Program-made: the position numbers and the translations under genes
In this document: in pieces, positions 1 through 8,990 of the stretch
Layout of the letters: every line of letters starts with the position of its first letter
Numbering within the stretch: position 1 is the first letter of the stretch
The notes under the pieces: model-generated
What the model was told of the DNA's origin: nothing
Database searches by the model: none
What the model saw: the letters and a program-made list of their open reading frames with translations, nothing else
Source: Octopus bimaculoides
Lineage: Eukaryota
NCBI RefSeq assembly: GCF_001194135.2
Contig: NC_068990.1
Coordinates: 27,492,480 to 27,528,332 of the forward strand
Length of the DNA: 35,853 bases
Direction of reading: 5' to 3'

Positions 1-174
1 GTCTGTCTGTCTGTCTGTCTCTATCTATGGATATATAGGTATATATTTACATAGACAGACATATACGCCCTCATACATGCATATGTATAAATGTTTATGT
101 GAAGATATTAATACCTACATATGTATAAACACACACTCACGCACGCGCACACCCACACATACACACACATATAG

Positions 175-1072
175 ATCTGGTCTGATCAATAAGCATCTGG
201 ACTATTGCTATAGTAACGAAACTATACCACGCAAGGTGAAGTCGCTTGGAAGAGATTGACTTTGAACTCTGCTGTGCATGATCACAACGTTTAACATATT
301 AGCTCGCTTCCGTTGTTTACAGCTGTGCTTGGAAGGAACGTCTGTAGCGTGTGATCGTCGTATTGTCTATGACAGAGAAAGCGTAGCGGAGCATCTGCTT
401 GAAATGTTGCTAAAATCTTGGCGATATTTGCACAGAGGCTTACGGAAATTTTTCAAAATGTTTTCATCGTTCTAAACACAATCAAGATCTGCAGCTGAAA
501 CCCGAGTGTCTTTTTGGTCAGCGGAAAGCAGTTTTGGTACAAATTTGGCAGCAGACACGCGTCTCATACCCAAATCATCAGTGATAATGGACTGAACTGT
601 GACTAATATGCAAATACTCTGATATTTCACGGATGGTTATTCAACGATTTCCCCTCCAGGCTAGGTCACATCTCGCGATGTTTTCTTCAGTTCTGCTGCT
701 TGCAGGTGTCCCAAAAATTTCGTCAATATCGACATCTTTTCCCGGCCATCTTGCGAACGTGTGAATCACTCGTACACTTGTGTGTGGTTCACATACTCAT
801 TTCTATACACTTTCTGAAAATTTGATTTGGCCTCTGGACAGGTGTCGCCATGACAATTTTCTCAGGTCGTGGTCAATGCGACAATCATACGCTACACACC
901 TTCCTTGCAAGTACTGCTGTTAGCCCCGGAAATGAGCTAGAACGTTAAAGCTCTCTGCCCCTGGACCCTGCACAGCAGTGTTCAAGGCCGATCTTTCCCA
1001 AGCGGCTTCACTGACCGTGCTTTAGCTTCGTTCCTCTGGCAACAGTTCGATACTTATTGATCAGACCTCGTA
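175..1072 (-). mobile_element. Internally deleted mariner DNA transposon (decayed transposase N-terminus, no catalytic domain)
   Basis: Imperfect ~50 bp TIRs: 179-226 GGTCTGATCAATAAGCATCTGGACTATTGC vs reverse complement of 1021-1072 TACGAGGTCTGATCAATAAGTATCGAACTGTTGC, TA at the right end. Minus strand ~440-600 translates VQSIITDDLGMRRVSAAKFVPKLLSADQKDTRVS, the mariner linker equivalent to WVPxxL. Upstream ~600-830 gives HTH-like TQVYEW...SRTEENIA...ITIREISE with stops and frameshifts. Confidence 0.9.
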
Positions 1073-1075
1073 TAT

Positions 1076-1994
1076 NNNNNNNNNNNNNNNNNNNNNNNNN
1101 NNNNNNNNNNNNNNNNNNNNNNNNNNNNNNNNNNNNNNNNNNNNNNNNNNNNNNNNNNNNNNNNNNNNNNNNNNNNNNNNNNNNNNNNNNNNNNNNNNNN
1201 NNNNNNNNNNNNNNNNNNNNNNNNNNNNNNNNNNNNNNNNNNNNNNNNNNNNNNNNNNNNNNNNNNNNNNNNNNNNNNNNNNNNNNNNNNNNNNNNNNNN
1301 NNNNNNNNNNNNNNNNNNNNNNNNNNNNNNNNNNNNNNNNNNNNNNNNNNNNNNNNNNNNNNNNNNNNNNNNNNNNNNNNNNNNNNNNNNNNNNNNNNNN
1401 NNNNNNNNNNNNNNNNNNNNNNNNNNNNNNNNNNNNNNNNNNNNNNNNNNNNNNNNNNNNNNNNNNNNNNNNNNNNNNNNNNNNNNNNNNNNNNNNNNNN
1501 NNNNNNNNNNNNNNNNNNNNNNNNNNNNNNNNNNNNNNNNNNNNNNNNNNNNNNNNNNNNNNNNNNNNNNNNNNNNNNNNNNNNNNNNNNNNNNNNNNNN
1601 NNNNNNNNNNNNNNNNNNNNNNNNNNNNNNNNNNNNNNNNNNNNNNNNNNNNNNNNNNNNNNNNNNNNNNNNNNNNNNNNNNNNNNNNNNNNNNNNNNNN
1701 NNNNNNNNNNNNNNNNNNNNNNNNNNNNNNNNNNNNNNNNNNNNNNNNNNNNNNNNNNNNNNNNNNNNNNNNNNNNNNNNNNNNNNNNNNNNNNNNNNNN
1801 NNNNNNNNNNNNNNNNNNNNNNNNNNNNNNNNNNNNNNNNNNNNNNNNNNNNNNNNNNNNNNNNNNNNNNNNNNNNNNNNNNNNNNNNNNNNNNNNNNNN
1901 NNNNNNNNNNNNNNNNNNNNNNNNNNNNNNNNNNNNNNNNNNNNNNNNNNNNNNNNNNNNNNNNNNNNNNNNNNNNNNNNNNNNNNNNNNNNNN
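1076..1994. other. Assembly gap. Other gaps: 9468-10295, 10988-10997, 11266-11275, 15311-16029, 16263-16272, 17228-17286, 27206-27215, 29366-29726
   Basis: Runs of N. Confidence 1.
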
Positions 1995-2137
1995 TAAGTA
2001 CCAGTTGCGCACTTGTGTCTATCCAATCGATTGTCCCCCGCTCCCACAAAAACATTTCGGGCCTTGTGTCTAGCGTAGAAAAATTACTAGCTCGTTTGCA
2101 AATTCCGCCGAGGTCGATTTTCCTTTTCATCCTTTCA
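1995..2137 (+). mobile_element. Two fragments of tRNA-headed SINE family A
   Basis: TAAGTACCAGTTG...ATTTCGGGCCTTGTG...GTAGAAAA (3' part) followed by AAATTCCGCCGAGGTCGATTTTCCTTTTCATCCTTTC (central part); both match the fuller copies at 24495-24935. Confidence 0.8.
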
Positions 2138-2138
2138 T

Positions 2139-2176
<38 letters not shown>

Positions 2177-2531
2177 TGCTTTATCGGTTTCAGGTTATAC
2201 AATTCAATAGCATGTCAGTTATGAAATACCTGTTCTCATCACATACTAATTACGTTGGTGCATACAGTTTATAAAGACTTGGTAAATTTAAAAATTGAAT
2301 CTGTGAAACAAATTTGGGAAGTTACTATTTTGATGTGGATTTCTGAATGTGGGCGGCCTTTACCAATTATGAATGATGGAATTACTCACTCAACGGAAGA
2401 ATTGATGCTCAAAGATCAAACCATTTCTGTCATATGGAATATTGTCCATAGGCCGTAATATTGTACAACCCATTTTGCTTGTTCATCGAGGCATGCAAAA
2501 AGTGCATGCTAAATGAGTGCTACAAATTTTG

Positions 2532-2697
2532 TTAGCAGAACAAAAGAATAATCGAGTTGATTTTTTTCACAGGATTGCTTGGGCTTGTTGTTGCAGAAAA
2601 CGAATTATATGAATGTGTGTTCATTGGAGATAAAACGGAGAACAAGTGATACTCTAAAGAATGAAGATGTTCAAATAGTCCTTCAGCAAATATAGTC
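2532..2697 (-). CDS. Candidate terminal coding exon, unknown gene
   Basis: Acceptor TTGTTATACAG|G at 2698-2700 and CTAAC branch motif at 2731-2735. Open frame (R)TIFAEGLFEHLHSLEYHLFSVLSPMNTHSYNSFSATTSPSNPVKKINSIILLFC*, phase-compatible with the exon at 2778-2876. No protein family recognised. Confidence 0.33.
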
Positions 2698-2777
2698 CTG
2701 TATAACAAGATTTTATTGGGGGAAATCGATGTTAGTTCGGAAGGATGAGGAAGAATTATCATTAATACGCAACTTAC

Positions 2778-2876
2778 CTAAAAGTGTATCCGGTGTATAT
2801 AGAAATCCCATAATGGACATTTTCCGAGGTAGTTTGCATCACTTGAAATAAAAGATCGCACAACATCTCACCATAC
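2778..2876 (-). CDS. Candidate internal coding exon, unknown gene
   Basis: Consensus donor AG|GTAAGT at 2777-2772. Pyrimidine-rich acceptor CTTCCTTTTGTAG|GTAG| (start 2880 or 2876). Frame YGEMLCDLLFQVMQTTSENVHYGISIYTGYTF is open. Confidence 0.33.
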
Positions 2877-2968
2877 CTACCTACAAAAGGAAGCGGTATT
2901 TAATATGGTGTCGCTAATAATGTTAATATACGGGTTCAAGCGACTGGAAGAGTTTTTTATGTCATATA

Positions 2969-3555
2969 CATAGACATGCAGGAAGTAAATAGACACGTTT
3001 AATTTTCAAAACCTTTTATTTGATATTAATTGGTTGAAGGAGAGGTTTTCTTCTAGCTGCTCGTCCATAATACCCAAGCTTATGCAGATATACCCAAGCT
3101 TATGCACACGTTCTTGGACTAGCTTCTAGCTGTTTTGCAATATCAGAAATCTTCGAACGGGGTTCGTTTTCCACAATTCTCTTGAAACAGCGAAGCTTCC
3201 TTTCCGAGGGCCCAGGTCGACCGGGATGAGAATATGTTGATTCTTTTCCCTGGCTTTTGAATTGCACTATAATTCTATTAACAGTAGCAAGAGGAATTTG
3301 AAGATTTTCGGCAATTTTTCGCTGGCTAAGACCAGCTTCTGATTGCCCAACAATACGACCTCTTTGAAAATCTGACAGTTCTGCTGATTTTTTTGTGCTT
3401 GGCATGGTTACTCTTTGCAAATGTTTAATATAATGGCACCTGAAATGAAAAAGAATAATTACATTCTAAATTCTACACCGCTGAAAGCATATTAAAACGC
3501 TTAAATCAGAAATTTTGAAAATTAAAAGTGTCTATTTACTTCCTACATGTCTGTG
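2969..3555 (-). mobile_element. Internally deleted Tc1-family DNA transposon with TA target duplication
   Basis: ~43 bp TIRs CATAGACATGCAGGAAGTAAATAGACAC / GTGTCTATTTACTTCCTACATGTCTGTG flanked by TA (2967-2968, 3556-3557). ORF 3100-3420 is a paired-like HTH ([38 protein letters not shown]...GRP). The same frame continues past the stop as YLHKLGYYGRAARRKPLL, a Tc1 motif. Confidence 0.93.
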
Positions 3556-3988
3556 TATACTTAAATTGGGCAGTCATGAAATAATACAACCTTCAGAATT
3601 GCGACTATTTTAATGTGAGGATTTTAACATTGCCAAAGAAAATCCGAAAGTAAAGTGACTTTTAGGGATAGTGTTATAAATATGATTAACCAAGTCCTCA
3701 CTGACGATTACGTGATGCATCAGGTAGCTCTAAAATATCCTGTCATTTTACTGCCAAATTTCCGTTAATAATTTTCCGAAATCACATATTTAACACATAA
3801 GTGCTTCCCTGTGACACAAACATGTGATGAAGAAGAACATTACACCACGCCCGTATTAGATCATATTTTAAACAAATACATGTTATTAATATGATGATAT
3901 TCCTCTGAAATTAAACGAAATATTTAAAATAAAATACAAGACACTTCCATAAAGTCACATATGTATTCTGCTTATTTCTTCCACTCAC

Positions 3989-4167
3989 TGGTGATTTTTC
4001 TGGTCACATTGATTTTTAGGATCGTATAAACTTCCATCAGTACACATTGCTTTTTGTAAATGGTAACATCTCCGCAAACAACCTATAGCTTTCTCTGAAT
4101 GTCTGACAAACTCTACCCCTTTTTCATCACAACTCAATGACGGGGTGTTGTTTTTGATGGAAGCCGA
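3989..4167 (-). CDS. Candidate internal coding exon (Cys-containing), unknown gene
   Basis: Polypyrimidine tract CTCTTCTTGTTTTTCTTCAC then CAG at 4168-4170; donor CA|GTGAGT at 3988-3983. The 179 nt are open in phase 0 to 2: SASIKNNTPSLSCDEKGVEFVRHSEKAIGCLRRCYHLQKAMCTDGSLYDPKNQCDQKNH. Confidence 0.27.
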
Positions 4168-5177
4168 CTGCTTGACCGCAGTGAAGAAAAACAAGAAGAG
4201 CAGATACTCTCGAAGAAGATTTCCTCCACCAGCATGTGGAATGTGGTCGACTCACGACAATAACAAAAGTGCTATACTAACTTTCGCATTTCTTTCTGTA
4301 GACAGTTTTATAATTATATAAGTCATGAATTCCTAAAGATAATTTTGAAATATAAATAGGTTATTGGCTATGCTTCTAGCACTCCTCATTAACCATGGGG
4401 CAACACTGATTGATGAATTCACTATAAACTACGAAACTAAATTTTAGACACGTAAGTATTCAATAATGGAATAGCAGATGATGTGTCGAAAACAACGGGA
4501 TATATAATAATATATATAAATGAAACGCTTGAATTATCAGTCATGTTTGGATTCATTTCTAGCGACATATTCTGACTGCATGCCTTTCGTCAATCGTGAA
4601 TGTATTTCAGTTCACTCATGGATTTGAGAATATAGCAGGGACAGGCAAAGTAACAATTTAAATACTTAATGAATACAACGGTAGGAACATTCACAAAAAA
4701 ATTCAGTTTCAAGAGTAAGACAGAAAAATATGTTTGGACCAGTTGAGAAAATATCAAAATGGAAAACGTGAAAAGCGAATTGTTGGATTCTTAGATATAC
4801 TCATGTGATTAAGAAGCTGCCATCACAAAGGTGTATGTTAAATTGTTACACTTGTTTGGCTAATTAACTTTAAATTAAGAAATCTAAACTAAATTGAGAA
4901 CTCTATGCACTAAGGCAGATATAAGACTGACATGTACATTGATTTCTCAACAATCAGCGATTTAATAGAGTGAACAGCACATTAGCCATCACCATCTTGT
5001 TTGAAATGAGACCTTTGGTAGTATACAGTGAGAAATTGATTTTCTTATTTTAAAAATTCGTCCTTCTTAAGGATAGCAGATCCATCGTTTACCAACGCAT
5101 GTCCATAATACACGAACATTCTAGACATTCAATGGCACAGTAATATCCAGAACAAGTATAGCAAAAGAAATAACAGC

Positions 5178-5240
5178 AACATGCGGGAATCGAAATCATG
5201 ACCTCACGATCGTATGTGCAACACCCACACCACTAACCCA
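5178..5240 (-). mobile_element. Decayed tRNA-like SINE head
   Basis: Reverse complement GGTTAGTGGTGTGGGTGTTGCACATACGATCGTGAGGTCATGATTTCGATTCCCGC shows A-box-like and B-box-like motifs but is not a foldable intact tRNA. Confidence 0.5.
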
Positions 5241-5444
5241 TCCCTCCATGAATTACTTACATAATTTATATAAATTACTTAAATATGTAATTTAATTCCA
5301 TATATTGTACAGGTGCCAGAATATTTTGCTTGGGTGTAAGATGGGAACAGCCTACATATTCCGTATCACGGGTTCCACGACGGATGATAATGTCCCTGCT
5401 TCCGTAATGTCTATACATTTCAATTTCTCACAATCATTAAATAT

Positions 5445-5585
5445 AATGATTTGAAATTTTGGCCCAAGGCCTGCAATTCCGTTTCTTATTGTATCAACTC
5501 CGAAAGAATGACAGGCAATGTGAACCTCGGGGGAATTTAATCTGAGAACGTAAAGACAGAATTTTGTCCGGCGTGCTCGTCGTCT
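5445..5585 (-). mobile_element. Degenerate SINE family A copy
   Basis: Reverse complement AGCACGCCGGACAAAATTCTGTCTTTACGTTCTCAGATTAAATTCCCCCGAGGTTCACATTGCCTGTCATTCTTTCGGAGTTGATA...GGCCTTGGGCCAAAATTTCAAATC matches family A. It accounts for ORF 5352-5657. Confidence 0.75.
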
Positions 5586-5634
5586 TACAATCCTTAAATA
5601 CATGAACATCTTGTCATTTTCTAGAATTCTATTA

Positions 5635-5993
5635 CAGGGTGACTCAAAAGTCTTCATACATAGGAAAAACTTATTTTTTTATAAGATCCCCTAGGTCCCC
5701 TGATCTGACCCCTTCTTGATTTCTATCTTTGAGGGCATTTGAAAGGCATGGTGCATCGCAGAAAGATAAAAGACTTAAATCATTTAAAGGAACGCATCAC
5801 CAACTCCTTTGCACACGTATCACCAGATGTGTTATTACGAGTCCACAATGAGTGGGGTAAACGTATTGCAATGTATATTCAAAACAATAGTAACCATATA
5901 GAGCCTGTTAAATAGAAAGAAAACTGTTCTTATAAACTGTTTCTTATAAAAAGATAAATTGTTCCTATGTATGGCGAATTTTGAATCACCCTG
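5635..5993 (+). mobile_element. Short Tc1/mariner-superfamily remnant (TIRs plus transposase C-terminus)
   Basis: TIRs CAGGGTGACTCAAAAGTCTTCATACATAGGAA vs TTCCTATGTATGGCGAATTTTGAATCACCCTG, TA on the left. The interior reads PRSPDLTP/LDFYL*GHLKGMVHRRKIKDLNHLKERITNSF...NHIE with one frameshift, the SPDLxPxD motif. Confidence 0.88.
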
Positions 5994-6349
5994 TCTAATT
6001 GCTGACGACGAATGCCGTCGCAGAGTTCTTTGGCTTGCTAAAACTTGTAAACATGTTACTCAAGTTGCAAATTTATTATTACTGCAGTGTTTTGTTAAGT
6101 ATAATCATGGGAATTATTCTTGTCCGGGCGCTAGAGATAATGAGATGCATAAATCAGGTGGGAATTTAAAAGAGTAAATTCACAATTAATGGATGTTTTC
6201 GTCAAGAAAGATGGCGTAATTGTCTCTGTTTATCTATTTTTACATGGGAGATGATCATCATTGTGTGATGAACTGGCTGATAATTTTGACTAAGCATGTA
6301 CTGAAAGATAATCTTGAATAAACATGTACTTTATGTTCCATTGAATCAG

Positions 6350-6412
6350 AGAGAGAGGGGGAAAGGAAAAAGAAAGAGAGAGAGCCGAAAAAGAAGAGAG
6401 GATGATAAACAT

Positions 6413-6442
<30 letters not shown>
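6350..6442. repeat. (GA)n / purine-rich microsatellite
   Basis: Directly visible AG dinucleotide runs. Confidence 0.9.
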
Positions 6443-6443
<1 letters not shown>

Positions 6444-6987
6444 AGTGTAGAGATACTAAGTGCTGTTACGGAGATTCAGAGAGATGGTAGAAGAGATTAT
6501 GAGCGCAACAAGACACTAAAAGTTAGATATTGACGGCATGGGGAAACAACCGGTCAGAGTTCAAGTAGCATCAAAGTATGGCCAGTGTGTGATTTATTCT
6601 TAAGGTCAAAGTATAGAAGACATCGATTAAGAATCCTTTCGTGTAATGTTTGAATACAACAACGTGAGATAAATAGTCAAATATCAATAGGAAATCTGTT
6701 TTGATACCTTGCTGTGAATAACACAAGGATATCCTGTCACTGAATATGATCTTGATAAACTACATTGTTATAATAGTTCGTACAGACACAAAACTGAAGC
6801 ATTGCCGAACAACCGTCTGATTAATTTGGCGTTCAAATTCACTTGAGTAATATTTTCTGGTAAGAAATCAAGGACTACCACTCATCTTGCTCCATCGTTT
6901 AAAGAAATGAGTGATTAGTTTATATATATATATATATTAAAAGACACTAGTTTTTTTTACTTAATATATATTTACTGTTTGCATACT

Positions 6988-7260
6988 ACCATGGACTAGT
7001 GGTTAGAGTAGCAGACTCGCGGTCGAAGGATCGCGGGTTCGAATATCAGACCGGGCGATGTGTTCGCTTATGAGCGAAACACCTAAGCTCGACGCGGCTC
7101 AGGCAGAAGGTAATGGCGAATCTCTGCTAACTCTTTCGCTACAAACAACTTTCTCTCACTCTTTTCTCCTGCATTTAGTAGCTCATTTCTGACGGACTGG
7201 TGTCCTGTCCAGGTGGGGGGGGGGGGCTATACGCCAATGAAACTGGGAAACCGGGCAAGG
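6988..7260 (+). mobile_element. tRNA-headed SINE family C (tRNA-Arg-like head)
   Basis: Head TGGACTAGTGGTTAGAGTAGCAGACTCGCGGTCGAAGGATCGCGGGTTCGAAT has A and B boxes; the head is shared with 12134-12335. Internal motif GACGGACTGGTGTCCTGTCCAGG at 7191-7213. Confidence 0.8.
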
Positions 7261-7713
7261 AACCATGGTGAACTACAAGGCACTTAAAGAAGGCTGGAGT
7301 GTATGCAGCTGAAACTTAATAAGAAGAGCCATGAAGACAAGGATACCAATCCGACTAATCCCTCATCTCAGAAATATAGAACTGCAGTGTCCTATTTATT
7401 GATATGTTTTGCTAGTTCAGCAATAAATACAACGGAGACTTGTATGTAGACTACAGACTCAGGTGACCGGTTCTCTGAATGCAAAGACGATGGGTTCTCT
7501 ATATATGCTAAGATGCACTACTTTCCTACTTAAGTAGTATATATTTAGCATTAGATTAATACCATACTCGTGTTGATATATTTTGCTAAACAACTAATAG
7601 AGCGTTCAATATTTAAGAGAGGAGGAATTATGTACGTTATTTACATTATTTACATATGACGGATATTTGTCCTCATTTTCTATGATGTTAACGTCCTCAT
7701 CTTCTATGTTGTT

Positions 7714-7759
7714 AACACAACGTTTCGGCTGATATACCCTCCAGCCTTCATCAGGTGTC
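7714..7759 (-). ncRNA. Minimal type I hammerhead ribozyme-like motif (Penelope type)
   Basis: Minus strand GACAC CUGAUGA A GGCUG GAGGGUAUAU CAGCC GAAA CG UU GUGUU. Conserved core CUGAUGA/GAAA, 5-bp stem II, stem I GACAC:GUGUU, and palindromic ACGU in place of helix III. Confidence 0.65.
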
Positions 7760-7823
7760 CTGAGATTAAGAGCGTGGACTATTAACCCCAAGATTCCGAG
7801 TTCGATTCCAGGCAGTGACCTGG

Positions 7824-7895
<72 letters not shown>

Positions 7896-7946
7896 GCATC
7901 GAAAAATACCTTAGGAATGAGAACCCAGGTTCGAAATTTTCACCCA

Positions 7947-7992
7947 GACATCTGATGAAGGCTGGAGTGTATATCAGCCGAAACGTTGTGTT
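7947..7992 (+). ncRNA. Minimal type I hammerhead ribozyme-like motif (second copy)
   Basis: GACAU CUGAUGA A GGCUG GAGUGUAUAU CAGCC GAAA CG UU GUGUU; same architecture, with a U-G wobble closing stem I. Confidence 0.6.
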
Positions 7993-8053
7993 AACAACAA
8001 ACAAGATGTGGACAAATATCCATCAAATTTAAATAATGTAAACAAATATATCG

Positions 8054-8435
8054 TTTTCTACTCAAGGCACAAGGGCCGTTAGTTTATCGATCCTGAAAAG
8101 ATGAAAAGCAAAGTCTACCTCGGCGGAATTTGAACTCAGAACGCAAAGACAGACGAAACACTGCTAGGAATTTCGCCCGGTGTGCTAACGTTTCTTATTT
8201 CTTTATTGCCCACAAGGGGCTAAACATAGAGGGGACAAACAAAAACAGACAATGCGATTAAGTCGATTCGATCGACCCCAGTGCGTAACTGGTACTTAAT
8301 TTATCGACCCGGATAGGATGAAAGGCAAAGGCAAAGTCGACCACAGCGGAATTTGAACTCAGAACGTAACGGCAAAAGAAATACCGGTAAGCATTTCGCC
8401 CGGCGTGCTAACGTTTCTGCCAGCTCGCCGGCCTT
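8054..8435 (-). mobile_element. Two tandem SINE family A copies (8054-8195 and 8194-8435) with different 3' tails
   Basis: Both carry GTTAGCACxCCGGGCGAAAT...GTTCTGAGTTCAAATTCCGC...TTTCATC. One ends in the ...CCTTGTGCCTTGAGTAGAAA tail, the other in ...CCCCTTGTGGGCAATAAAGAAATAAG. Confidence 0.9.
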
Positions 8436-8784
8436 AAACAGCAAATATATCGGTGATTTTCATGTAAACTATAGCGTCATACATAATATTTAGATTTGAT
8501 TTTGCTAAATAAAAGTATGAAAAGATTAATACAATGCTATCGTTTCATTGAAATTAAGGGTTTCTGATAGGAGGGATCAACAGATTAGCAGATCAAAGCA
8601 CATGTTAAGTTACAGTATTTAGTTATTATGTATGTTGATTTTCTACGTTCAAACCGGCCACATCTAAGTTTTTCGCTGCCCCCATCCGTAGTCTATAAAA
8701 TATCAGTCATAAGCTCACCCCAAAATTCTTAACATCGTATCTATATGACACCTCCTTCTAAATATTATATCACTTATTCATATC

Positions 8785-8990
8785 AAGGCAGGGACATGGC
8801 AGAAGCGTTAACACGCTGTGCAAAACGCGTAGCGGCATTTTGTCGGTCTTTACGTTCTAAGTTCAATTCCACCGAAATCGAGTTTACATTGCAACCATTC
8901 TGTCGGTAAATAAGTACCATTTGAGCATTAGGGTCGATGTAATCAACTTACCTCATTCCCAGAAAATGCTGGCCAAAATTTGATTCTATT
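8785..8990 (+). mobile_element. Diverged SINE family A copy
   Basis: GGCAGAAGCGTTAACACGC...CTTTACGTTCTAAGTTCAATTCC...AAATAAGTACCA...GGGTCGATGTAATCAACT. Confidence 0.8.

Larger units (their letters stand above)
7604..8045 (+). mobile_element. tRNA-headed, (AAT)n-containing SINE-like element (family D) with Penelope-like tail, preceded by an inverted copy of its own tail
   Basis: 7765-7822 is a truncated tRNA-like head (B box GAGTTCGATTCC). (AAT)n runs 7825-7894. The tail 7946-8043 is the reverse complement of ~7640-7759. Tail fragments recur at 7295-7385 and 11308-11432. Confidence 0.8.

Noticed and set aside
1008-2130. Long ORFs of 270-358 aa here and at 9342-10411, 15171-16169 and 29252-29755
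   Set aside because: They consist of X residues spanning N gaps.
2790-2830. YGISIYTG resemblance to the P4-ATPase YGxVIYTG motif
   Set aside because: Flanking residues (HETK/HDTK downstream, LRNT upstream) are absent; insufficient for a gene name.
5352-5657. Protein-like 101-aa ORF
   Set aside because: It is largely the reading of a family A SINE plus the mariner TIR.
6988-7060. tRNA gene calls at SINE heads (also 7765, 12134, 17624, 34270)
   Set aside because: Acceptor stems are incomplete and each runs into repeat body sequence; they are SINE heads, not tRNA genes.
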